Positions 1-14,600 of a stretch of 64,000 bases of DNA are shown here, piece by piece. The position numbers and the translations under genes are program-made. Each line of letters starts with the position of its first letter. The stretch's first letter is position 1. The notes beneath the pieces were generated by a model that was not told the DNA's origin, made no database searches, and worked only from the letters and a program-made list of their open reading frames with translations. Source of the stretch: Euglena gracilis (Eukaryota); contig CP154954.1 in NCBI GenBank assembly GCA_039621445.1, positions 25,060,954 to 25,124,953 on the forward strand, read 5' to 3'.

Positions 1-611
1 TGACCCGTTATACGGCCTGTATACGGGTTATGCCCACGATTTTTATATAGTTTCAAGGACATCAGACAGGTTGGTACGACGGGGCATTTTTCCACGTATC
101 CCGGGGGGGCAATTATTTGGGTTTTTGTTGAAAATCCTTGGGGAGGCTTTTATTCAGGGGGGGGGGGCTATTATTTGGGGGGGTTTGACGGGTGGATTTC
201 GCCGACATTTAACCCCCCTTGGACAAAATCCTAGCTGACTAGTCGACGGTCGTAAAGATGGTGTCTGGCTGGGTCAAATCACCCAGAAATGGTTTGAATA
301 GTGTCAAATGAGTGCTCTTCACCATATAAGCATCCAGAGGTAAAATTGCAGGGTCCGTGTGTGGGTCAGTGGGGCTCGGTGAGGCTCCAGAAGGGTAAAG
401 TACCACTGGCAGACAAGGGTGAAAATGAAAATCCCTTACAAATATTTTGCATTTTGAGGGGGCAGAATACTCCCCCCTGACCTGGGCCTCAATTCGGGCT
501 ATTTTCTGTGCAAATAACGTTGTGAAGTGGCCTCCTCGGGGGGGGGGGTGCCCCCGCACCCCCATCAAATAGCAAACTCCTGTTGTGCTGACAACCCTCT
601 TGGGGGGTCTG

Positions 612-1053
612 ACCCCCCCCCCAAAATAAGACCCCGGTCTTATTTTTGGGTCCGTTGCTGGAAACCTCCAGGGGGGGCCTTATTTTGGGGGGGGTCTTAT
701 TTTTGGATTTTTTCTTGACCGACCTGCTGGGCCCGAAAAAGCACCATTTTTCAGGTTCCCGCGAGTTCTAAATTTTTTCTTTTGGCGCTTCGCGCCATGT
801 GTAAATTGGTGTAATTTAACATTTACCCTGTTTTTTTTTCCACTTCAAAAATCTGAATTTTTTTGAAATTTCATCATTTTTGTGCATGAAATTGGGGTTT
901 TGGGTAATTTTTCATGGAAAAATTTCACCGTCCCCGGCGCTTCGCGCCGTCAAGGGGGGTCTTATTTATGGGGGGGTCTTATTTTTGGATTTTTGCTCAA
1001 TCGGACCAGGGGGGTCTTATTTTTTGGGGGGGTCTTATTTTTGGGGGGGGTTT
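612..1053. mobile_element. MITE family A copy (subterminal AAAATAAGACCCCC repeats, C-rich/G-rich inverted ends)
   Basis: Ends cccccccccaaaataagaccc ... ggtcttatttttggggggggttta are inverted repeats. The body is the reverse complement of 27067-27523. Confidence 0.8.
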
Positions 1054-1562
1054 AGTCCTTGTTGTGGGTGATTTTGACTGGGTTGTGCTTGCCGCTATAT
1101 GGAAAATCTCACGGGCAGAGGTAAAATTTTGCTAAAAAGTGGCAAAAACGGATATTTTTATCCAAAACTATTGCAATATTCACCCCGTCTGGGGGAGGCG
1201 TTTTTCGGGGGTTTTATTTTTTGGGGGGGTTTACATTGTAAGGTAAATGCCATCAAGTAAAGATGCATCCCATGCCCTCATTCACAAGAAATGTGAAGCT
1301 CAAGCCAACACTGCAGCATATTCACGGTGCCCTGGGTTTAAGGACGAGAATCGACCAAACAAAGAATTCCGAGGGGAGCGGATCACACTTAAGGAGTCCA
1401 CCGCATCTTTCTGGTTTTGGATCTACAAGATTTATTTATTTGTGCGCAGAAACAAGAAATATTTTTGCTTATGCTTCCTCTTTTCCTTTTGTAAGTGGAG
1501 CGTGACTTTGATGAATGACCAAAGCCGATGTCATTTTCAAAGCATCATGGATGGAATGTTTC

Positions 1563-3156
<1,594 letters not shown>

Positions 3157-3170
3157 GTCTCTGTTTTCAG

Positions 3171-3379
3171 AGGAAGCGGTGCCAGAGTTCAAAACGCCTT
3201 GTATTTTCGAATTGTTTGCTGAGAAGTGTTTACTGATCATCAAGAAGAGTTCACGAATCGAGGGCCACAAAACGACCAACGTCTCCATCAAGACTCTGAA
3301 GGTGGTGGCGGTGGACCCTGACAGAATTGAATTGACATATGATAGCAAATGCCGACTCTACCGGCTGGAAAATCGTACA
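3171..3379 (+). CDS. Isolated coding exon of unknown protein ([25 protein letters not shown]...LYRLENRT)
   Basis: Acceptor tctctgttttcag ends at 3170, donor gtgcgt at 3380, open frame with protein-like composition. Link to other exons is unresolved. Confidence 0.55.
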
Positions 3380-4479
3380 GTGCGTGTCGGTCATCTTGCT
3401 TCATTTCTCAATGCTTGTTTGAGAAGGGTGTGGAAGGAATAAATTTAGTATGGAATTCATCCTGTTATTATTAACTCGTGTTGACCTATTTTTTTTCATT
3501 GTGGGAATGTTTGCATTTCCGCTTGAATTGTGGGTGTGTTGCCATACTTTTTGTTCTCATTCCCCCCTTTTTTTCTCAGCTTGGTGTCGCAGTAGTGTTG
3601 TCTGATCATCTAATAACCTTTTGCTTTTCCACATGATGGTTTCTGTGCGGTCTTTCTTCTCAAACCCCTTCCAGATGTATCCCCACTTATTATTTCAGAA
3701 AGTCAGCCGACCCCCCACCTTTATTTCAAACCCAAGCAAAGGACAGTGATGATTCCCTTTTTGTCCATGCCAACACCATTCATTTGCTTTGGCTTGAAGC
3801 TTCTTTTTTCCCAATGAAGTGGAAGAGCAGGGAGGCATGGAAGACTCTTTCTTATCATGCCTTGCAAATATCAAGGAGGCCTTCGGACGTCCTTTTCCTC
3901 TGCGTGTCAACTCTGCCGGTTTGGACTTTGCTCATTTGAAACGTGGATTGTTTCATTTTGGCACGTCCTTGCACATTGTAGTCATTCAAATGGAGTTGTA
4001 TGCACATCAGCCCTCAACGAAGCACCATGTCGAAGCACAGATCTTCTTTTCCCTTTGTGGTGATAGAAATAAAGGATATCATATATGTCTAAATGGCGGT
4101 TGGTTCCAGCCAAAAGCCATTCAAACTCACTGGGGGGAACTTCAAACTCAGCAGTGTGAAATGAACGTCCAACAGAAGATGCTTCGGATGGGTGCTTCGT
4201 CAGGTGCCCAAAGGCATTTGAGCCCTTCAAGCCCTGGATGTCTGGCTGGGCCCGTTTGGATACAGAACGGGGTATTTTTAAGTTGGCAGGCCCCCGACTG
4301 GCTGGCCATGGATCCCCGGGGTCTAAAGAAATCCGCTTAATCATATGAAATTTCCCAACCCAAACCCAACTTGGTGGTATATTTAAACCAAAGTTTTATT
4401 GCATCATTTTGCTCAGCCCAAGGGATGCGTTTCACGTTTTTTCCGCATTTTTTCCCGCATTTTTTTGCAAATTTCCAAG

Positions 4480-4783
4480 CTGGCTGTATTTTAGTCTGGT
4501 GCCGACCCCACCCCGGGGGGTGGTGCCTGCAGGCACTCCAAGGCACTCCCAATCCGACCCCCCCTCCGGGGGGGGAGGGTAGGGCACACGCCAAAAGTGC
4601 CCCAGCACAACCCCGGCGCCAAAGGCACCGGGGAACCAAAAATAGCCTATTTTCAAAGGAATGCGTCTGGGCACAGGCCCAAATCCGACCCCCCCCATGG
4701 GGGGGGTGTAGTGCCTGCCTGAGCAGGCACTCACAGGTACTCCGGACCCCCCCCTCCCCCCGGGGTTGGTAAAAAACAGCCTG
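4480..4783. mobile_element. hAT-like MITE, family C, 8-bp TSD TTTCCAAG
   Basis: TSD at 4472-4479 and 4784-4791. Ends ctggctgtatttta / taaaaaacagcctg. Closely similar to 14588-14897. Confidence 0.9.
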
Positions 4784-5632
4784 TTTCCAAGTACGATTTT
4801 TGAGCATGTTTTTTGCATTTTTTTGCGCGTTTTTCATTTTTCTTTCCAGCACATTTCCTTTTTTTTTTTCCTTTTTGACGCATTTTTTTTCATGATTTGC
4901 CAAAATTTCGCAATGTCAATTTTTTTTTGCCATTCCCCCATTTTTTTGCATTTTTTTTGTATTTTTTGAGCTGACATTTTGCTCATAATTCAATACGTGA
5001 GCAATTCGATTTTCAGACTTTTGCACTTTCTGCCAGAATTTGCACATTTTTGCGCATTTTTTTCGAGGCTTGGCTGGCGCATTCCTGCCTCCCCTCATTT
5101 GCCACAGCAATCTTGAAAGTGTGCGCTGCGACTGTCGCACCCCCATTCAATTTCTTCTTGATTTTTTTTTGTTGTGTAGTTTTTTGTAAGTTTTTTTCAG
5201 TTTGTGTCGTTCTTCGCCATGTCAAAGAAGTTCTGTGCCGCATCCACCGCAACAAAATGCTCATATTTTTTTTTAGAATAATGAGAATGATTGTGCACAC
5301 TACATTACAAATGAAACATAACTTCCCCAGGCAGTCCCCTGATGCAGAAAACTGTCTGGGAGGTTGAAAAATGGAATTTCTGCACATCCCAGTCATTAAT
5401 GACATTTGCACTTGCGGACACCTGAAGAATGGCAAAGCCATTCGTTGGGCAAAGCCCGATTCCAGTACCCTGCCCAGTCCGTCTTCATCAGGAAACAGTG
5501 GCAAGAGGATGGCCTTGGTTTGTTCTGTAACCCTATGCGGATGCTGGCACCCTTGATTTCCCACCAACCTGCCCTTCCCAATGACTTTCTTCGCATTGTG
5601 ATCTTCAAAACCTTCAGTAGGATCCGTGTCGA

Positions 5633-5634
<2 letters not shown>

Positions 5635-5672
<38 letters not shown>
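5635..5672. repeat. (TG)n microsatellite
   Basis: Direct reading. Confidence 0.95.
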
Positions 5673-5673
<1 letters not shown>

Positions 5674-5833
5674 ACCCCCAAGGCAAGGGTGTATTCCAAA
5701 GGTGTATACTTTCACCCCAGCTCATTACCCCCCCCCCCCCAGGTTGCTGGGGCCAGTATCATCATCCCCCCCCCTTTAAGGGTTTGGCTTGGCTGCTCCC
5801 TTGGCCATTGGTGGCAACATGCCCCCCCCCCCC

Positions 5834-6100
5834 CAGGGCTGTGCGGAAATCCCTGAAACCCTATGGGCGGTGGTTGGGGAGTCGACCCCCCCCTCCCTGC
5901 TGGGTGGGGGGCGACCCCCCCCCCACCAGCACCAGGCCTTGTTATATTTTCTGGCGCCGATTTTTAGGTCACAATCTTCCTTCGGCGCCGAAGGAATTCT
6001 TGTGGGTTGTGTGGTGGGTGGGTGGGGGTCGACCCCCATTTTGCCAGAGGGCCTGATGGCGAGGTCGACTCCCCTCCCCAGACCTTCCCGTACATCCCTG
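5834..6100. mobile_element. hAT-like MITE with TIR CAGGGCTGTGCGGAAA / TTCCCGTACATCCCTG in a poly-C tract
   Basis: Imperfect 16-bp TIR, CAG...CTG termini, poly-C on both sides (compatible with a C8 TSD). Confidence 0.75.
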
Positions 6101-6304
6101 CCCCCCCCCCCCAGTTTGACCACAGTGGTTTCCCCAATCGATCCCCCCCCCCCCGAACCAGCATTCCCCTCTTTGGCCGAGGGTAAAAGAACTGTCATTT
6201 GGGGGGGGGGAGGGTACGTCATGTTGGGGAGTGAATGTGGTGCATGACTTTTCAGCCCTGCCTTGTGCTGTCGTGGTGGGCCTGTGGCCAGTCCACACAA
6301 TCAC

Positions 6305-6625
6305 CTGGTCACTGGCCGACCCCCCCCCCCCCCGAGGGTGGGTGACTGGTTTTATCAGAGTGATTGACTGGTTTTTTTTTTGCCCCGGACCCCCTTCCCG
6401 GGGGGGGGGGGTCGGCAAAAAATCACTAAAGTGACCCGGGGCCGAAGGCACTGGAAAACTTTTTTTTGGCTTTTTTTTCACGTTTGTGGTCAAATTTCCT
6501 TTGGATTCCAGAGCGGCCGACCCCCCCAGGGGGGGAGTGACTGACTTGTCTTCCAAAAAAGTGACTTACTGGTTTTGGAAAGAGTTGAAGTGACCCCCCT
6601 CCTCCCGGGGGTCGGTAAAGAACTG
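6305..6625. mobile_element. Dispersed repeat family D (gggtgactggttttt...gagtgactgactgg), probable MITE
   Basis: Related sequence at about 16740-17020 and 43940-44020. TSD not identified. Confidence 0.55.
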
Positions 6626-7486
6626 TATGGGCCAGCCTCTTTACTCAGTAATGGATCAAACTCTGTACATGGCCTGACTACCGTGGCTTCTGTGTCATTC
6701 ACGCAAACAAAAACGCCCCTCAACCATGCAAAAGCGTCGATTACTTTCATTTCTAAGAAAACCAGCAAACAATTTTAAACAAAAGAATATATGGTGTCTC
6801 CACTGTTCTCATTCATCTTTTTTTTTCATTCGCAGCCCAGAAACAAAAAGCCTGTTCCTCAATACAGCTCCTAAGGTTATTGGATGGGCAATTTTAATAT
6901 TTGGGCGGTCTGCAGCGAAATTGAAATCAATAAAACACCATTTCCAATAAAGGAAACACGCAAAATTTGAAGAAGAAGTATAAGAAAGTGGAGGCAGTGA
7001 TTTGGTCAAGGTGACCAATTTGGGCTATAAACTGGCCAAACATGGCCCCAAATCAACCAAATTGGTCATCTTGACCAAATCACTGCCTCCACAGCCAGCG
7101 CTGACAGGGTGCGTCACCCACCCAGTATTGACCACCTCGCCCCCTTGCATGGGCTGTGGATAGTGACAAACAAAAGTCACAAATTGGAAAAGTTTACAAC
7201 TTGCTTCAGATTTGCACAAAGCCCTGTGGCAGTGGTGCTGTGCGGGGCAGGGCTGTGCTGGTGAACACACCATCACCACAGCCCATGGGCTAACATGGGC
7301 TTTGGGCTTGGGGTTGAGTACCACCCACAAAGTCAAGGGGGTATAAAAATGATTCGGCACACTGTGCAAATGCAACCACATATGCATATGCAAATACAAA
7401 TGCAAGTGCACATACAAATACAAACCTGGACACAAACACAAATGGAAATACAAATTGCAGACACAAATGCAATACACCACAAGTTC

Positions 7487-9330
7487 AGTACAGCACAGCA
7501 CAGCACAGTACAGTACGCACACAGCACAGTACAGTACAGTACAGTACAGTACAGTGCAGTGCAGTGCAGTGCAGTGCAGTGCAGTGCAGTGCAGTGCAGT
7601 GCAGTGCAGTGCAGTGCAGTGCAGTGCAGTGCAGTGCCGTGCCGTGCCGTGCCGTGCCGTGCCGTGCCGTGCCGTGCCGTGCCGTGCCGTGCCGTGCCGT
7701 GCCGTGCCGTGCCGTGCCGTGCCGTGCCGTGCAGTGCAGTGCAGTGCAGTGCAGTGCAGTGCAGTGCAGTGCAGTGCAGTGCAGCACAGGACAGCACAGC
7801 ACAGCACAGCACAGCACAGCACAGCACAGCACAGCACAGCACAGCACAGCACAGCACAGCACAGTACAGCACAGCACAGCACAGCACAGCACAGCACAGC
7901 ACAGCACAGCACAGCACAGCACAGCATAGTACAGCACAGCACAGTACAGCACAGCACAGCACAGTACAGTACAGTGCAGTACAGTGCAGTACAGTGCAGT
8001 ACAGTGCAGTGCAGTACAGTACAATACAGTACAGTACAGTGTACAGTACAGTACAGTGTACAGTACAGTGTACTGCGTACAGTACAGTGTACTGCGTACA
8101 GTACAGTGTACTGCGTACAGTACAGTGTACTGCGTACAGTACAGTGTACTGTGTACAGTACAGTGTACTGTGTACAGTACAGCGTACTGTGTACAGTACA
8201 GCGTACTGTGTACAGTACAGCGTACTGTGTACAGTACAGCGTACTGTGTACAGTACAGCGTACTGTGTACAGTACAGCGTACTGTGTACAGTACAGCGTA
8301 CTGTGTACAGTACAGCGTACTGTGTACAGTACAGCGTACTGTGTACAGTACAGCGTACTGTGTACAGTACAGCGTACTGTGTACAGTACAGCGTACTGTG
8401 TACAGTACAGCGTACTGTGTACGGTACAGCGTACTGTGTACGGTACAGCGTACTGTGTACGGTACAGCGTACTGTGTACGGTACAGCGTACTGTGTACGG
8501 TACAGTGTACTGTGTACGGTACAGTGTACTGTGTACGGTACAGTGTACTGTGTACGGTACAGTGTACTGTGTACGGTACAGTGTACTGTGTACGGTACAG
8601 TGTACTGTGTACGGTACAGTGTACTGTGTACGGTACAGTGTACTGTGTACGGTACAGTGTACTGTGTACGGTACAGTGTACAGTGTACGGTACAGTGTAC
8701 AGTGTACGGTACAGTGTACAGTGTACGGTACAGTGTACAGTGTACGGTACAGTGTACAGTGTACGGTACAGTGTACAGTGTACGGTACAGTGTACTGTGT
8801 ACGGTACAGTGTACTGTGTACGGTACAGTGTACTGTGTACGGTACAGTGTACAGTGTACGGTACAGTGTACAGTACAGTGTACAGTGTACAGTACAGTGT
8901 ACAGTGTACAGTGCAGTGTACAGTGTACAGTACAGTGTACAGTGTACAGTACAGTGTACAGTGTACAGTACAGTGTACAGTGTACAGTACAGTGTACAGT
9001 ACAGTGTACAGTACAGTACAGCACTGTGTACAGTACAGTACAGCACTGTGTACAGTACAGTACAGCACTGTGTACAGTACAGTACAGCACTGTGTACAGT
9101 ACAAAGTGCAGTACAGTACAGTACTGTGTCCAGCACAGTACAGTGCTGTGTACAGTACAATACAGTACTTTGTGCAGTACAATGCACTACAGTGCTGTGT
9201 ACAGTGCAGTACAGTGTTGTGTCCATTACAGTCAGTACAGTACAATACCGTGTACCGCACAGTACTGGATACAGCACAGTCAGGCTGGGGGTAAGGGTTA
9301 GGGTCAGTGCTGTGTACAGCACAGTACTGT
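7487..9330. repeat. Compound satellite: pentamers CAGTA/CAGTG/CCGTG/CAGCA grading into 19-bp units TACAGTACAGCGTACTGTG and variants
   Basis: Direct reading. Source of the spurious long Cys/Thr/Val/Tyr ORFs. Confidence 0.98.
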
Positions 9331-10332
9331 GCTTCTGGACCATTTTGGCCAAGACCGCCAATTTTTTTGTCCCCAATTTTCTTGCCTCCAATTTTTTTTG
9401 GCACCAATCCCTCCCCTGTACGCTCGCTACGCTGCACCACACTACCAGTGCAGTTCAGGTTTCTTTTTCAGTCTGGAGCCCCCTGAGGGGGAGGGGTGGG
9501 TGGGTGGGTAGGTTTTGGGCTGGATCCCCCCCGGGGGATCCCAGGCCGGAGGGTTTGTGAAATTCTTCTAGTCCCCTCCAGCAAAAGTGCACTAATTCCC
9601 AAAACCACAATTTCCGCATTTTTTTCTGCAGTTTTCCCGCAATTTTTACGAAGCCTTCCGATATCGATTCCCTCCTACCTGAACTATGTTTCTCACAATA
9701 TAATGTACATACATAAGCCATATAATATACACTACAATAAATTTTGCAATTACAACTTCAATTACAATCATTATTACAATTGCAATTGCAATGAAGTACA
9801 ACACAATTGCAATAACAAAAACAAGCACGCGAGCACGCGAGCAAGCAAGCAAGCAAGCAACCAAACAAACAAACAAATGAATGGTGATGGAGGCAAGTCA
9901 TTCAATAAACAAGGATTTTGGGGGCATCTCCCTCCCTGTGTCAGACCACCCAAAGCCTTTTCTTTCTAGTGATGTCCTTGGTGTTTCTGCTCACACATGC
10001 ACACAGTCAAACCCATGCACATTTTTTCCCATGATAACTTGAGAACTCCCTAATACAATGTTTGAGCATCCTGGCGCATTTTCTGTGCCTCAAGAACCGT
10101 TGTCTTCTCACCCCCGCCGAAGGCTTTATCAGATCCGAAACCCTCGCCTTTGGTCTCTGCCCCCTCCCTCATTGGCTGGGAGGGTTCGACCCCTATGCTT
10201 TGCATTTAAGACGATCGACATCCAACCCCGAGCAAAAAAGACCGAAAAATAAATCAAACAAAAAACAAAAAAATAAACAAAACAAAAAATAAATAACAAA
10301 CAAAAAAATCCAACCCCAGTCGCACTGAACGC

Positions 10333-10558
10333 AGTGGAGACACCCCACCGGGAGGCGAAGCCGGGCCCTGGCAGCCACGTGTCGCCCACCGGGGGCAGCT
10401 TCCGCAGCAACGTGAAGGTCCCGATCCCCGGCGGGTCGGGAGGCCGGCTGTCGCCGAAGGCCCCGCCCTCCCCCCAGCCGGGACGGGCGCCAGTCACCCC
10501 CAGCAACCGCCTTTCCCCGAAGTCCCCGCCTTCCGACCAGGGGGACACAGGTCTCTGG
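10333..10558 (+). CDS. Pro/Ser-rich exon, probably upstream part of the alpha-kinase gene
   Basis: GC-rich island in AT-rich flanks, open frame VETPHREAKPG...SPKSPPSDQ. Boundaries uncertain. Confidence 0.6.
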
Positions 10559-11615
10559 GCTTTGACATTGCATATGAACACCGCTCAAAAAAGAGCAGAA
10601 AAAGGTGGAATGACTGGGGGGGGGTGTTCGGGGTTCCTTTGACGCTGGGTGGATACCCAATAAAAATGGTAGATTTGTTTCCAATTCCAAAGTGCAAGTA
10701 TGACCCCTCGAGGGCGTTTTCGCTAGGTATTGCTGACTGCCCATTGACCGTTCATTTTTGGGATAATTCATGTGCAAAATTTTTGGGTAAAATCCTTTTG
10801 AAATAATTTCAGAAGTTTTTAAGTATTACCCTGTGCTGTCGTCCAGTTGGCTCAAGATGCTTATACATCCCAAAAATCATTTTGTATTTTATACATTTGG
10901 GTTGGATTCCTTTTTTCATTCCATGGCCCTGTGGATTTGCCCAACCTCCGTGGGACTGCTCTCAGGCATCTGCAGGTAAACACCATTTTCCATGCACAAA
11001 ATACAATTACCCCCTTCCCCCCAAATGAACATCCCCCCCTCCCCAGTAAAGTGCAATGTCAAACTACACCCCCGTCCCCCCCTGCCCAGACAAGTTAGCC
11101 TGGGATGAAGCTAGTGGGACAGGGTTATTCTGATGTTGGCCATGCGCCGAAGGTTGCTCAGATTAAGAACCCCTGGCACGCGGCCTAATTTTGGGTCCGA
11201 ATTTGTTTTAATTGTGGCTTACGCCCAAATGCAATTCCTGACAGGGTTGCATTTTGCATTACATGCAAAGCGTGTCTTTTTTTTGGTCGCTCTAAACAGA
11301 AATGGCTTTATTGTTTTGGCACAATTTATAAATTGGCCTGAACTTGACCAGTTCATATGTTACAAATGGAACATCACCAAAATTTCCCGGCCTTGTCCTG
11401 AATGGTTCTATCGACAGGCTTCACATGGCATCTCCACACTGCTGCCTCCACCCCCATGGGGACACCAACAGTGAGAAATGGGGGTGATTTGTATTTTGGG
11501 GAGAGATTTATAATCTGGAGGTTATTTTTTTTTTGCAGAGACTCATGAAAAGTTGCCAAGCGAAATCAGCGCCAAAAAGCATTTTTACTCCAGGCACACC
11601 CTTCATATTGTCGTT

Positions 11616-11676
<61 letters not shown>

Positions 11677-14600
11677 CTTTTTCTTTCACGTTGTTTTTTT
11701 TTGATTTCACAATGCTTCTCCGTTCCTTTTTTTGAGCTTGCGTGCGTCTGTGCGCGTGTGCCCGGGTGCGCGGGTGCACCTGCCTGCCTGCAAGGCCTGC
11801 ACCTTCGCCAACCCCCCGGACAAGGACGCCTGCACCATGTGCGCCACCAAGAAAGGCTCCTCTGGGCCACGTCGGGAGAGCCCCTCGCGGCCGCTCCCTT
11901 CCGCCCCGCCGCTCCCCGCCAGTTTGCCAGGGCCGGCGTCGAGGGGGGCTGAGCCACCCAATGGCAGTGAGCGAATGGAGGAGCTTTGGGCCCCTGGGAG
12001 TGCCCGAAATGAATCTAAAGGTGACCGCCACCTCAGGCACCGGGTGGTGCGCTGTTATTTGGACCTGTCTGATTTTTGTTGATGTTCTTCAGAGTGGCGC
12101 CCCGACGTACAGTGGGGGGGGGTACTGGCTAGTCGACCGACTAGTCGGTCGACTAGTTCACCGACTACTAGTCGACCGACTAGTCGGTGGGGGGAACTGG
12201 CTAGTCGGTCGACTAGTCGACCGACTAGCCACTCTAATGTACCAAAAGGGGGGGGTCACCGACTTTTTAAGCCCCCCCCTCCAATACTGATTTGCCTTGT
12301 TTGGCCAAAAATTTCGTTGAACATATTTCAAACAGCGAAAAACGCACCATAAACATCCCTTTTGTTGCTCAACTGTCCCAGGGCCCCAAAATAACAAAAT
12401 CCCTTGTGTTGCCAAACCGTTTTGGAAGCCAATCCCTTTTGTTGCTCAATTGTCCCGGGGCCCCAAAATAACAAAATCCCTTGTGTTGCCGAACCGTTTT
12501 GGAAGCCAATCCCTTTTGTTGCTCAACTGTCCCAGGGCCCCAAAATAACAAAATCCCTTGTGTTGCCGAACCGTTTTGGAAGCCAATCCCTTTTGTTGCT
12601 TAATTGTTCCGGGGCCCCAAAATAACAAAATCCCTTGTGTTGCCAAACCCCTTTGGAAGCCAATCCCTTTTGTTGCTCAATTGTTCCGGGGCCCCAAAAT
12701 AACAAAATCCCTTGTGTTGCCGAACCGTTTTGGAAGCCAATCCCTTTTGTTGCTCAATTGTTCCGGGGCCCCAAAATAACAAAATCCCTTGTGTTGCCGA
12801 ACCGTTTTGGAAGCCAATTCCTTTTGTTGCTCAACTGTCCCAGGGCCCCAAAATAACAAAATCCCTTGTGTTGCCGAACCGTTTTGGAAGCCAATCCCTT
12901 TTGTTGCTCAACTGTTCCGGGGCCCCAAAATAACAAAATCCCTTGTGTTGCCGAACCGTTTTTGGAAGCCAATCCCTTTTGTTGCTCAACTGTTCCGGGG
13001 CCCCAAAATAACAAAATCCCTTGTGTTGCCGAACCGTTTTGGAAGCCAATCCCTTTTGTTGCTCAACTGTCCCAGGGCCCCAACATAACAAAATCCCTTG
13101 TGTTGCCGAACCGTTTTGGAAGCCAATCCCTTTTGTTGCTCAACTGTCCCAGGGCCCCAAAATAACAAAATCCCTTGTGTTGCCGAACCGTTTTGGAAGC
13201 CAATCCCTTTTGTTGCTCAACTGTCCCAGGGCCCCAAAATAACAAAATCCTTTGTGTTGACAACTTTGAAGGCTTTAGACGTGTTTTCTTTGAGATTCTA
13301 GTTCAAAGCAAGTCAAATCAATGTTGGGGGGGGGGCTTAAAAGGTCGGTGACCCCCCCTTTTGGTACATTAGAGTGGCTAGTCGGTCGACTAGTCGACGG
13401 ACTAGTCGACCGACTAGCCAGTTGCTCCCATAGCCAGTACCCCCCCCCCCCCCTGGTACCGACTAGGCCACCGACTAGTCGGTCGACTAGTCGGTAGGGG
13501 TACTGGCTAGTCGACCGACTAGTCGGTCGACCAGCCAGTACCCCCCCCCCCCAGTCTAAATATTGGGGCCCTTCAGAGTTACCATTAAAACTTTGGAGGT
13601 GAACTTATTATGTTATAAAATTGGGATTGGGACTGCTTTGGACAACCGGGGCTGTGGTTTTATTTAGACTCTGCGCTTGTGGCACCCTCCTATTGGGGGG
13701 GCGGGTTTAGCCGGGTTCAGGGGCTGCGAGTTGACATTTTTTTCTGTTGGACATTTCCCCCCCATTTTTCGTCACAAACCTCAGTTGGGGCGAACTGGGT
13801 TTTCAGGCCGCCCGGAATTCTCCCTCTTTGACTGCAGCTTGACACCTTCGGCTGGTCTGAGGGATGCGCTGACCTGATTCGACTGCAGCTTCCTATTCGC
13901 TTTCCAGCAACCTTTGGTAGGCGGGCGAGAAGGATCCTGCCTTTTGGCCATCGCTGGAGGCCACCCCTGCTCCGTCGGCGGAGGGGCCGTGGGTGTGCGA
14001 GGTCTGCACACTGCGCAACCCGGCGACGCTGATGCAGTGCAGCGCCTGCCTCGCGCCCTGCCGGAGCAAAGACCCGTCGCAGTCCCTCGCAGGCCCCCCC
14101 CCCCGAAATGGGGATGCTCAGCCCGGAATGCAGGTGGGGGGATGTGCAGATTTGTGCATTTCTTCAAATTGTACAAGAATCTTGCGCTTTTAACACGCTT
14201 TTCGGCATTTTTTTCTGCATTTTTGAACACTTTTTGGTTTTTCAGGTTTGTTTGTGCATTTTATTGTATTTTCCCCAATTTCACACATTTTTGCCTGTGT
14301 ATTTTTTTAAAAAAAAGTTATATTTCCTTGTTTTTTTCTGTGTGATTTTTTTGAAAATTTTTTTTTGTATGTTTTGGGATGATTTTTACATTTTTTTTAC
14401 ATTTTGATTTTTTTTTTTGCATCCCCCCCAAATGCACAGTTTGTGCATTCTTGCGCCTTTTGAGCATCATTGCCAGGGTACCGCATATCTCTGCAGAATG
14501 GCTTTCACTCCCTGTGCTTTCTCCCTCACAATTGACTTCTGCAACACTGCACTTTTTTCTGACCCCCCCCCCCAAATAAGACCCCACCAGACTGTGTTTT

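Noticed and set aside
9292-9303. Telomeric TTAGGG repeat
   Set aside because: Only one or two imperfect units, expected by chance.
9424-9452. Possible micro-exons upstream of 10333 (9424-9452, also 7095-7108)
   Set aside because: Only 6-bp complementarity or bare AG/GT support, and no protein motif to confirm the frame.
7025-9560. 400-800 aa Cys/Thr/Val/Tyr-rich ORFs on both strands
   Set aside because: Artefacts of the 5-bp and 19-bp satellite.
12354-13259. CRISPR array
   Set aside because: Units are near-identical along their full length with no unique spacers, no cas genes are visible, and the context is a eukaryotic intron.
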